Part shown: piece by piece, positions 47,594 to 56,110 of the stretch | Layout of the letters: every line of letters begins with the position of its first letter | Position numbering within the stretch: the stretch's first letter is position 1 | DNA from: Paracoccaceae bacterium | GTDB lineage: Bacteria; Pseudomonadota; Alphaproteobacteria; Rhodobacterales; Rhodobacteraceae | Direction of reading: 5' to 3' | Assembly: GCA_022448245.1 (NCBI GenBank) | Contig: JAKVCO010000009.1 | Span: 11,413 to 75,412 of the forward strand | Length of the DNA: 64,000 bases | Position numbers and translations under genes: made by a program | Notes under the pieces: model-generated | Told to the model about the DNA's origin: nothing | Database searches by the model: none | What the model saw: the letters and a program-made list of their open reading frames with translations, nothing else

Positions 47594-48749
47594 AGCCTTT
47601 GGCGTCTTCCTGATTGTAGGCGCCGGCGTCCTCTTCAAAGGTCACGTGGGCCTCGGAGTAGAGCGAGTGGTCAGACCACCGCGCCACCGTCCGAGCGGAA
47701 CCCTTGTAGAGTTTCAGGCGGACGGTGCCGCTGACGTGTTCCTGCGACTTGTCGATCAGCGCCTGCAGCATCTCGCGCTCTGGCGAGAACCAGAAGCCGT
47801 TGTAGATCAGCTCCGCATAGCGCGGCATGATCGAATCCTTCAGGTGGCCCGCACCTGAATCGAGCGTAATCTGTTCGATACCGCGGTGCGCTTCGAGCAA
47901 GATCGTGCCGCCGGGCGTCTCGTAGATGCCGCGGGACTTCATGCCCACGAAGCGATTCTCCACCAGATCGAGGATGCCGATGCCATGCTTCCCGCCGAGC
48001 TCGTTGAGCTTGGTTAGGATCGTGGCCGGGCTCATCGCCTCGCCGTTGATGGCCACGGCGTCACCTTTTTCGAAGGTGATTTCGATCATTTCAGGCGTAT
48101 CGGGCGCGTCTTCGGGGCGCGTGATGCGCTGAAGGACGTAATCGGGTGCTTCATCTTCCGGGCGCTCCAGAACTTTGCCCTCGGAGGAGGTGTGCAGCAG
48201 GTTCGCATCCACCGAGAACGGTGCCTCACCGCGCTTGTCCTTAGCGATCGGAATCTGGTTTTTCTCAGCGAAATCAATGAGCTTGGTGCGGGATGTAAGA
48301 TCCCACTCCCGCCATGGGGCGATGACTTTGATGTCAGGGTTCAGCGCGTAGGCGGCAAGCTCGAACCGCACCTGGTCGTTGCCTTTACCTGTTGCACCGT
48401 GTGCCACGGCGTCTGCGCCCTCTGCAGCGGCGATTTCCACCAAACGCTTGGAGATCAGCGGACGCGCAATCGAGGTACCCAGCAAATAAAGGCCTTCATA
48501 CAGGGCGTTAGCCCGGAACATCGGGAAAACGAAGTCGCGCACGAACTCTTCGCGGACGTCTTCGATGTAGATGCTGCTCGCACCCATCATCTCCGCTTTG
48601 GCGCGGGCGGGCTCAAGCTCCTCCCCCTGTCCGAGATCGGCGGTGAAGGTGACCACTTCGCAGTCGTACTCCGTCTGTAGCCACTTGAGGATGATGGACG
48701 TATCGAGACCGCCGGAATAGGCCAGAACAACCTTCTTAGGTGCAGACAT
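47529..48749 (-). CDS. argG: Argininosuccinate synthase
   Basis: [12 protein letters not shown]-binding motif and 406 aa of type-I ArgG sequence. Confidence 0.95.
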   Translation of the reverse strand: MSAPKKVVLAYSGGLDTSIILKWLQTEYDCEVVTFTADLGQGEELEPARAKAEMMGASSIYIEDVREEFVRDFVFPMFRANALYEGLYLLGTSIARPLISKRLVEIAAAEGADAVAHGATGKGNDQVRFELAAYALNPDIKVIAPWREWDLTSRTKLIDFAEKNQIPIAKDKRGEAPFSVDANLLHTSSEGKVLERPEDEAPDYVLQRITRPEDAPDTPEMIEITFEKGDAVAINGEAMSPATILTKLNELGGKHGIGILDLVENRFVGMKSRGIYETPGGTILLEAHRGIEQITLDSGAGHLKDSIMPRYAELIYNGFWFSPEREMLQALIDKSQEHVSGTVRLKLYKGSARTVARWSDHSLYSEAHVTFEEDAGAYNQEDAKGFIQLNALRLKLLAARDRRLKK

Positions 48750-48833
48750 GGAAAGCCCCCGTTATTAGCATTCGTGCGGCGGTTATCCCCTTTTGAGAAA
48801 CGCGACAAGCCGCAGGGTAAGAGGAGTTGCCAG

Positions 48834-49661
48834 ATGGCGTTTACAATGATGTCTCACGCGGTGCGAATGCTGTGGGCCAATCTTGGAAATGCAGCCCGTG
48901 TCAGCGTGGTGCCGCTGCTCCTGATGTACGTCTTCATTTTCGTCGTGCTGACCTTCTACGTGCTGACCGATCCGACGATTGTGGCCTTCCTTGAGGGCTT
49001 CGCTGAGGCCGGTGGCCTTGATCCCTCGAACCCACCGCCCGAGATCACCGCGCCGGAGCTTCCAGGCCTCACTGTGATGATGGTCTTCATCGGGTTCCTC
49101 TTCATGTTCATCGTCATGGCTTTCATGGCGTGGATCGCGATCGGTTGGCACCGGTTCATCCTGCTTGAGGAATATCCCGAGGGCTGGCTGCCGACGTTCC
49201 GCTGGGACGACATCGTCGAATATGTCTGGAAGCTGATCTTGCTGTCGTTCGTTTACGCGTTCATCGCGTTGGTGCCTCTGGTGACCTTTGCGATCATCGG
49301 CGCGGGGATGGGCGGGGCCGGGGTCGGCCTTTCCGCGATCAGCGTTGTGCTTCTTATGCCCGTGTTCATGTGGCTGTCGTTTCGCCTGTCGATCGTGCTG
49401 CCGTCGGCGGCTGTGTCACGCCGCATGGCGCTCGGCGAAGCGTGGCGCGTGACCGAGCCCTATTCCGGCACCATCTTCTGGTTCGGCGTCGTCTATCTGG
49501 GCGTCATCATTGTCATCCAGCTCGCGCTTGGGCTTTTGGGAATCATCCCCGTCGTCGGGGCCATCGCCTCCCTCTTTGGCAGCTGGTTCACGACAATCCT
49601 CGGATTTAGCGCTTTGACGACGGTTTATGGCGTCGCAGTTGAGGGCCGTGAGCCGACTTGA
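48834..49661 (+). CDS. Hypothetical polytopic membrane protein
   Basis: About 6 hydrophobic segments and no catalytic motif recognised. The ATG at 48834 is preceded by AGAGGAG. Confidence 0.7.
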   Translation: MAFTMMSHAVRMLWANLGNAARVSVVPLLLMYVFIFVVLTFYVLTDPTIVAFLEGFAEAGGLDPSNPPPEITAPELPGLTVMMVFIGFLFMFIVMAFMAWIAIGWHRFILLEEYPEGWLPTFRWDDIVEYVWKLILLSFVYAFIALVPLVTFAIIGAGMGGAGVGLSAISVVLLMPVFMWLSFRLSIVLPSAAVSRRMALGEAWRVTEPYSGTIFWFGVVYLGVIIVIQLALGLLGIIPVVGAIASLFGSWFTTILGFSALTTVYGVAVEGREPT

Positions 49662-49700
49662 GCCTTGCTTAGGCCCTTCGGCTGAGGCACTCCAACGCCC

Positions 49701-50948
49701 ATGAGTGAATTTGCCCCCAAAGTCCGCGCCGCCGCTGAGGCTATGCGAGAGCTCTTTGAGCCTACGCCGCTTCAGCGAAATGAGCATCTCAGCGCGAAGT
49801 TCGGGGCCGACATTTGGCTTAAGCGTGAAGATCTGTCGCCGGTGCGCAGCTACAAGCTGCGAGGTGCGTTCAATGCGATGTCCAAGGCTGTCGCCGCGAA
49901 CCCCGATCAAAAGCTCTTTGTTTGCGCATCTGCTGGCAACCATGCGCAGGGCGTGGCGTTCAACTGCGCCAACCTGGAACGGAACGGCGTGATCTTCATG
50001 CCCGTCACGACACCCCAGCAGAAGATCGACAAGACCCGCATGTTTGGCGTCGATTGGGTCGAGGTACGCCTCGTGGGTGACTACTTCGATGACTGCCTCC
50101 GTGCGGCTCAAGCGTTTTGCGAGGCCGAGGGCGGGCACTTCTTGTCCCCCTTCGACGACCCCGACGTGATCGAGGGTCAGGCATCCGTGACGCTCGAGAT
50201 GCTCGAACAGCTCGGGCGTGAACCCGATATCATGGTGCTGCCCGTGGGCGGCGGCGGCCTGTCGTCGGGCGCGCGCAAGCTGATCCTCGATTTGGAAGCG
50301 AAGACCGAGCTCTTCTTTGTGGAGCCCACCGGCGGGGCGAGCCTGACTGCCGCCGTGAAGGCAGGGCAACCAACGACGCTCAACGGTATCGATACCTTCG
50401 TAGATGGTGCGGCCGTGGCGCGGATCGGGTCCAAGACCTACGCTGAGCTCCACGGGACTGAGGCTGATCACGTCCTGCTCGCGCCTGAAAACCGCATCTG
50501 CACAACCATCATCGAGATGCTCAATATCGAGGGCATTGTGTTGGAACCAGCGGGTGCGCTGGCCATCGACGTGCTCGAAGACTTGCGTGAGCACATTGCA
50601 GGTAAAACGGTGGTCTGCGTGACCTCCGGTGGTAATTTCGATTTCGAACGTTTGCCCGAGGTGAAAGAGCGCGCGCAGAAATATCAGGGCCTCAAGAAGT
50701 ACATGATCCTGCGGCTACCGCAGCGTCCGGGCGCCCTGAAGGACTTTTTGGGCATGCTTGGCCCCGACGACGACGTCGCGCGGTTTGAGTACCTGAAAAA
50801 GTCGGCGCGGAACTTTGGTTCGATCCTCTTGGGCATAGAAACAAGGGACGCGAGCAATTTTGACCGCCTTTTTGCTAAGCTCGATGAGGCGGGTTTCGTC
50901 TTCGAAGACATAACCGATAACGAGACGGTCGCGAATTTCGTAATCTGA
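49701..50948 (+). CDS. ilvA: Threonine ammonia-lyase (threonine dehydratase)
   Basis: PLP-lysine motif SYKLRGAFN, a GGGGL loop and a single C-terminal ACT-like regulatory domain. 415 aa. Confidence 0.9.
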   Translation: MSEFAPKVRAAAEAMRELFEPTPLQRNEHLSAKFGADIWLKREDLSPVRSYKLRGAFNAMSKAVAANPDQKLFVCASAGNHAQGVAFNCANLERNGVIFMPVTTPQQKIDKTRMFGVDWVEVRLVGDYFDDCLRAAQAFCEAEGGHFLSPFDDPDVIEGQASVTLEMLEQLGREPDIMVLPVGGGGLSSGARKLILDLEAKTELFFVEPTGGASLTAAVKAGQPTTLNGIDTFVDGAAVARIGSKTYAELHGTEADHVLLAPENRICTTIIEMLNIEGIVLEPAGALAIDVLEDLREHIAGKTVVCVTSGGNFDFERLPEVKERAQKYQGLKKYMILRLPQRPGALKDFLGMLGPDDDVARFEYLKKSARNFGSILLGIETRDASNFDRLFAKLDEAGFVFEDITDNETVANFVI

Positions 50949-50980
50949 TTTCACGGCCCGTTAACAGCTTTTGGGGCAGG

Positions 50981-52282
50981 GTGCCCCGAAGGCAGAAGCG
51001 GGTTTTCCGGGTGATTCAGAACACAGCATTCAAGACGACGAGGGCGCTCCTCGGGATCGAGCGGGTTCTCCTTGCTGGGCAACCCAGCTCTGAGGCGGGG
51101 GCGCTGGAAGGTGTGTTTCGGGCCCGGGGTATTACCGTCAGCCGCGCGCGGACAGCTCGGGATGCGCTGGTGGCGGCGGACACTTTCGAACCCGATGTCA
51201 TGGTCATTCACTGGTCAGCGCTTGATGTCGTCGGTCCCAAGTTTATTGGGATGATGGGCGATCTGAACCTGGCATACCTGCCGTTTCTTATTGCCAATGC
51301 GGCGCCGTTTGATCTGCCCAGCGGCGATCGCGATGAGGCCCTGATCGCGGGTGCCGATATGGTCATGGCCGGCGCCCCGAAAGGGGTGGAACTTGATGCG
51401 ATCCTGTCGGTGGCCCAGCGCCGTCGGCTGCGGGACCGGGCCATGGGCGACAGCATGAAGCGCGTCATCACGCGACTTGAAGATCTCCAGAAGCGGTTCG
51501 ATTCGCTCGATAGTGACCTGTCTGAGGCCAAGAAGTTGCAGCAGGGGCTCATGCGTGACCGCCATCTGCACTTTGGATCAGGCGATGTGTCTTTGATCCT
51601 GCGGTCGAGCGGGCATGTCGGCGGCGACCTCGTAGGTCACTTCCCAATCAATGACGACGCTGTGGGCTTCTTTGCACTCGACGTCTCAGGCCACGGGGTG
51701 TCTTCAGCACTGATGACGGCACGGTTGGCGGGGTATCTGTCTGCAACGAACCCGCGCCAGAACATCGCTATTGAGACGCTCGACGGCGCATTCGTACCCC
51801 GATCACCTGCTGCGGCAGTCGCCGATCTGAACACGCTGGTGATGGAGGATCTCGATACCGACCATTACTTCACCATGATCCTTGGCTACTTCGAGCCTGA
51901 GATCGGGAAGGTCACCTTTGCTCAGGCTGGTCATCCGCATCCATTGCGGCAGGAAGCAGATGGCACTCAGGAGTACGTGACGGTCGGCGGGCTGCCCGTG
52001 GGGCTCATACCGGGGGCTGACTATGAGGATACGGTGGTGACTTTGGCGCCCGGAGACCGGCTGCTCCTTTTGTCCGACGGCTTTACCGAAGCCACCATTT
52101 CGGACGGCTCTTTCCTTGGCGAAGATGGGCTTTCCCGACTTCTGGAGGCGTCACGCCATCAGGTTGGCCCGGCCCTTCTTGAAACACTGGTTTGGGATTT
52201 GAGCGCGGCGCTGGGCGAAGCGGCCTTTCAGGACGATCTCAGCGGCGTCCTGCTGGAACGTCTATCCAACCCAAAGACCTGA
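50981..52282 (+). CDS. Atypical receiver domain fused to a PP2C/SpoIIE-type phosphatase
   Basis: The C-terminal half carries SpoIIE/PP2C motifs (GGDLVGHF, FFALDVSGHGVSSALMTARL, LLLSDGFTEA, DDLSGVLLE). The N-terminal about 120 aa is receiver-like but lacks the acidic pocket and the phospho-acceptor Asp. The start is non-ATG and uncertain (GTG 50981 or 51011). Confidence 0.8.
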   Translation: MPRRQKRVFRVIQNTAFKTTRALLGIERVLLAGQPSSEAGALEGVFRARGITVSRARTARDALVAADTFEPDVMVIHWSALDVVGPKFIGMMGDLNLAYLPFLIANAAPFDLPSGDRDEALIAGADMVMAGAPKGVELDAILSVAQRRRLRDRAMGDSMKRVITRLEDLQKRFDSLDSDLSEAKKLQQGLMRDRHLHFGSGDVSLILRSSGHVGGDLVGHFPINDDAVGFFALDVSGHGVSSALMTARLAGYLSATNPRQNIAIETLDGAFVPRSPAAAVADLNTLVMEDLDTDHYFTMILGYFEPEIGKVTFAQAGHPHPLRQEADGTQEYVTVGGLPVGLIPGADYEDTVVTLAPGDRLLLLSDGFTEATISDGSFLGEDGLSRLLEASRHQVGPALLETLVWDLSAALGEAAFQDDLSGVLLERLSNPKT

Positions 52283-52701
52283 CGCACGAAGTGGCTGTCG
52301 CCATCGACCGCAAGCTCTTCCGCAGCAACTTCGGCTGGCATCCAAACAGCGGTGTGACCTTCTTCCAAGGGTGGCCCCAAGCGCCGCACTGGCCGCGCAA
52401 GGTAGATGGTGCAAAGCTTCTCGGCCCAGAGCTCATATTCCGGCATGTAGGTGAAACGGCGAAACGCGCCGAGCCGCACGGGCCGTGTGATCGACCATCC
52501 GGTTTCTTCCAAACACTCTCGCATCAGCGCAGGCACAGGCTGTTCGCCCGGATCAACGCCGCCACCGGGAAGCTGAAACTCCGGCCAAGGCGCCATTTGA
52601 TGCGTGACGAGCATCTCGGATCCCTGGGCGAGGATCGCATAGGCGCCGGGCCTAAGCTTGTAGCGGCGCCCCTTTTCGGGCGAGCGTCCAAATCTACGCA
52701 T
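52228..52701 (-). CDS. NUDIX hydrolase
   Basis: Nudix box GGGVDPGEQPVPALMRECLEETG. Confidence 0.8.
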   Translation of the reverse strand: MRRFGRSPEKGRRYKLRPGAYAILAQGSEMLVTHQMAPWPEFQLPGGGVDPGEQPVPALMRECLEETGWSITRPVRLGAFRRFTYMPEYELWAEKLCTIYLARPVRRLGPPLEEGHTAVWMPAEVAAEELAVDGDSHFVRQVFGLDRRSSRTPLRSS

Positions 52702-52792
52702 AGCGGGTCCTCACTTGGCAGTACGCTTGCCGTGCCTATATGGGCGCGATATGCCAAATCCAACGCCCCATAAGGGGCCCGAGGGCGAATCC

Positions 52793-53785
52793 ATGACACT
52801 CAGTTCCAAAATCGCGTGGGACGACACGGTCCTACCGTTCCAACTTGATCGCTCCGACATCCGTGGCCGCGTGGCCCGACTCGACGGTGTGCTCGATGAA
52901 ATTCTAGCTCAACACGATTACCCGCCGGTAATCGAATCTCTCGTGGCGGAGATGGCGCTGCTGACGGCGCTCATCGGGCAAACGATCGATCTGCGCTGGA
53001 AGCTTTCGCTCCAGGTGCGCGGTGATGGTCCGGCACGGCTGATCGCGACCGACTACTACGCGCCCACCGCAGAAGGTGAGCTCGGCCGTATTCGGGCCTA
53101 TGCGAGCTATGATGCAGAGCGCCTCAACGAGACGGGCGATCCGTTCGCGCAGATCGGCAAAGGCTACTTCGCCATCCTAATCGACCAAGGTTCGGACATG
53201 ACCCCCTATCAGGGGATCACGCCGATCGCTGGTGGATCGCTGACGAGCTGTGCTCAGACCTACTTTGCGCAGTCCGAACAGCTGCCTACGCGTTTCGCGC
53301 TGGCCTATGGCCGCAGCCAAGCGCCAGGTGAGGCGGAAAGCTGGCGTGCAGGCGGCGTGATGCTCCAGCACATGCCCAAGGCGTCGCCCTTCGCAGCGGC
53401 GGGCGAGGGCACCGGCGATGGTGGTCTGCTCGAGGCGGGCGACATCCTCGACGGTGACGAAGGCGAGAACTGGAACCGCGTGAACCTTCTCCTCGACACT
53501 GTTGAGGAGCTGGAGATGGTGGGCCCTTCCGTTCAGCCGACGGAATTGCTGACCCGTCTTTTCCACGAGGAAGAGCCGCGGGTTTACGATGCCCAGTCGG
53601 TGAAATTCGGGTGCACCTGTTCGTCTGACCGGGTGCGGCAAAGCCTTTCGATCTATTCGGCCAAGGACATCGCAACGATGACCCGAGACGATGGCACGGT
53701 CACGGCGGATTGCCAATTCTGCGGAGCTCATTACAGCTTTGATCCCAAGACGCTTGGGTTTGAGGCTGAGGAGCACCGTGAGTGA
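52793..53785 (+). CDS. hslO: Redox-regulated chaperone Hsp33
   Basis: C-terminal zinc centre CTCS...CQFCG. The ATG at 52793 is preceded by GAGGG. The track ORF starts 26 codons earlier. Confidence 0.9.
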   Translation: MTLSSKIAWDDTVLPFQLDRSDIRGRVARLDGVLDEILAQHDYPPVIESLVAEMALLTALIGQTIDLRWKLSLQVRGDGPARLIATDYYAPTAEGELGRIRAYASYDAERLNETGDPFAQIGKGYFAILIDQGSDMTPYQGITPIAGGSLTSCAQTYFAQSEQLPTRFALAYGRSQAPGEAESWRAGGVMLQHMPKASPFAAAGEGTGDGGLLEAGDILDGDEGENWNRVNLLLDTVEELEMVGPSVQPTELLTRLFHEEEPRVYDAQSVKFGCTCSSDRVRQSLSIYSAKDIATMTRDDGTVTADCQFCGAHYSFDPKTLGFEAEEHRE

Positions 53786-54365
53786 CCTGATTGAAAAAGT
53801 GCGGCGTGCGCTGGATAGGCCCGCGCCGCCCTCTTCAGATTTCGATCTGAATGCAGACGTTGTGCTGCCCGAGGGGCGAAAGCTTCGGCCTGCTGCGGTG
53901 CTTATGCTGTTGACGCCCGAGGGGCGTGTGATCCTCACCAAGCGGGCCGCTCAGCTGAAGCATCATCCCGGCCAGATCGCCTTTCCCGGCGGCAAGCAGG
54001 ACGAGGCGGACGCCAGCCTATGGGCCTGCGCGGTGCGCGAGGCCGAGGAAGAGATCGGGCTTGATGCCGCGAATGTCGAATTCATTGGCGCGCTGCCTCT
54101 CCATGAAACAGTGACGAGCTTTGTCGTCTCTCCCCAGATTGCTTTGCTGAACAAGCCACAGACGTTCACGCCGAATGAGGGTGAGGTGGCCGAGGTCTTT
54201 GAAGTGCCGCTGGCCCATACGCTTGATACCGCGCGATATCTCGTTGAGGGACGCATGTGGCAAGGTGCGATCCGCAAGTACTACACCGTGCCTTACGGGC
54301 CCTATTACATCTGGGGCGCGACGGCCCGTATGCTTCATGGCTTGGCCGAGAGGGTGCAGCCGTGA
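53778..54365 (+). CDS. CoA pyrophosphatase (NUDIX, NudL-like)
   Basis: Nudix box GGKQDEADASLWACAVREAEEEIGL, preceded by the CoA-specific pattern ILTKRAAQLKHHPGQIAFPGG. The GTG at 53778 overlaps the hslO stop by 8 nt. Confidence 0.85.
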   Translation: MSDLIEKVRRALDRPAPPSSDFDLNADVVLPEGRKLRPAAVLMLLTPEGRVILTKRAAQLKHHPGQIAFPGGKQDEADASLWACAVREAEEEIGLDAANVEFIGALPLHETVTSFVVSPQIALLNKPQTFTPNEGEVAEVFEVPLAHTLDTARYLVEGRMWQGAIRKYYTVPYGPYYIWGATARMLHGLAERVQP

Positions 54366-55492
54366 TCGACGCTAAATGGCTCCGCAACGCGACCAGCCAA
54401 GCTGTGATGTCGATGCTCACGGAAGCCGGTCACGAGGCGTGGTTCGTGGGCGGCTGCGTGCGCAACGCCCTCCTGGGTGAACCGGTAAGCGATCTCGATA
54501 TCTCCACGAATGCCCGACCAGAGGTGGTGATAGCGCTGGCCGAGGCAGCAGGGCTCAAGGCTGTGCCCACTGGCATCGAGCATGGGACAATCACAGTGGT
54601 CAGTGGCGGCCAGCCCTTCGAGATCACCACCTTCCGCAGGGACGTTGAAACCGATGGCAGGCGTGCTGTCGTGGCCTTCGCCGATACGCTGGAAGAAGAT
54701 GCGCAGCGCCGCGATTTCACGATGAACGCGCTTTACGCAAATGCGGCGGGCGAGGTGTCTGACCCGGTTGGTGGTCTACCCGATCTCCATGCGCGGCATT
54801 TCCGGTTCATCGGGGATGCCAAGGCGCGCATCCGCGAGGATTACCTACGTATCCTGCGCTTCTTCCGGTTCTTTGCGTGGTACGGCTCCGATCTTGATAC
54901 AGACGGACTTTCAGCCTGTGCAGCGTTGGCTGACGGGATCGAGACGCTTTCTGCCGAACGGGTGACTTCTGAGATGCTCAAGCTCCTGTCTGCGCCCGAC
55001 CCGCTGCGCGCCGTGGGCGCGATGGAGCAGACTGGCATCTTGGCGCAGGTGTTGCCTGGCGCCACGGGTCGGATGTTGGGGCCGTTCATCTTGCTCGACT
55101 TCACGAACTCAGATGATCCGATTGCGCGGTTGGCAGCGCTGGGCGGAGACGCCGGGACGCTCAGGCTTAGCAAGGCCGATTCGCGGGCATTGGACACTTA
55201 TCGAAACGCATGCGAGGCGCCTTTGTCCGCGGCGGAGTTCGGGTATCGCTTGGGTCAAGAAACGGGCCTCAAGGCGCTGGCCCTGTCCGCCGCCACTTTG
55301 GAGCGTCCGCTCACCCCGGAGGAGGTTGAGGCTGCAGCGACAGGCGCGGCGGCAGTCTTTCCTGTGAAAGCCGCCGATCTGCCGGCCATGCTCCAAGGGC
55401 GTGAGATCGGCGCTGCATTGAAACGGCTGGAGGCCGCTTGGATCGCAGCGGGCTTTGCTCCAACCAAGGCGGAGCTCTTGGCAAAGCTATGA
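54362..55492 (+). CDS. cca: CCA-adding tRNA nucleotidyltransferase
   Basis: PolyA-polymerase-family head domain FVGGCVRNALLGEPVSDLDIST and RRDFTMNAL. The GTG at 54362 overlaps the preceding stop (GTGA). Confidence 0.85.
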   Translation: MIDAKWLRNATSQAVMSMLTEAGHEAWFVGGCVRNALLGEPVSDLDISTNARPEVVIALAEAAGLKAVPTGIEHGTITVVSGGQPFEITTFRRDVETDGRRAVVAFADTLEEDAQRRDFTMNALYANAAGEVSDPVGGLPDLHARHFRFIGDAKARIREDYLRILRFFRFFAWYGSDLDTDGLSACAALADGIETLSAERVTSEMLKLLSAPDPLRAVGAMEQTGILAQVLPGATGRMLGPFILLDFTNSDDPIARLAALGGDAGTLRLSKADSRALDTYRNACEAPLSAAEFGYRLGQETGLKALALSAATLERPLTPEEVEAAATGAAAVFPVKAADLPAMLQGREIGAALKRLEAAWIAAGFAPTKAELLAKL

Positions 55493-56067
55493 TCGGACCC
55501 CTCCACTTCTTCGTTTTCGCAGGCCTCTTTTCGCCCGGCCCAAACGTGATCTTGCTGACGGCGTCTGGGGCACGCTTCGGGTTTCAACGGTCTTTGCCGC
55601 ATGTCTTTGGCGTGGCCGTGGGCGTCGGCATCACGGCGGGCCTCACCGGTTTCGGGATAGGCGCGCTTTTGCAGGCTGCACCGCCGCTCGAGCTTGGGCT
55701 TAAGATCATCGCGTCAGCGTGGATCCTCTACATGGCCTACAAGCTATGGGTCGCGCAGGCTTCCACCCAGTCGGAGGATCGCGACCGGCCCTTCACCTTT
55801 ATCGAGGCCGTCCTTTTTCAGTGGGTGAACCCGAAGGTTTGGGCCATCGCAGTGGCGGCCACCGCCTATACCGAGGGCGCCCCGCCGCTCAATGCAGCCT
55901 TCCAGCTGGCCACGGCTTTCAGCGGCATCAATCTGTGTGTTTGCTTGTTTTGGAGCTTCGCTGGCTCACTGCTCACATATCTGCTGAAAACACCGACAGC
56001 GTTTCGCATTTTCATGCGTGTCATGGCCGCTCTGCTCGCCTTCTCGGCTCTGCTGGTTTTCCTCTAG
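55489..56067 (+). CDS. LysE/RhtB-family amino acid exporter
   Basis: 192 aa, 5-6 TM segments, N-terminal FSPGPNVILL motif. ATGA overlap with the cca stop. Confidence 0.85.
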   Translation: MIGPLHFFVFAGLFSPGPNVILLTASGARFGFQRSLPHVFGVAVGVGITAGLTGFGIGALLQAAPPLELGLKIIASAWILYMAYKLWVAQASTQSEDRDRPFTFIEAVLFQWVNPKVWAIAVAATAYTEGAPPLNAAFQLATAFSGINLCVCLFWSFAGSLLTYLLKTPTAFRIFMRVMAALLAFSALLVFL

Positions 56068-56110
56068 GGCAAGCGGCCTTATATCTGGTTTCATTACCCG
56101 AGGCCTCTCA

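Noticed and set aside
49416-50594. 392-codon ORF on the minus strand
   Set aside because: It is antisense to ilvA and to the 3' end of the membrane-protein gene, has low-complexity composition and no motifs. It is a shadow ORF.
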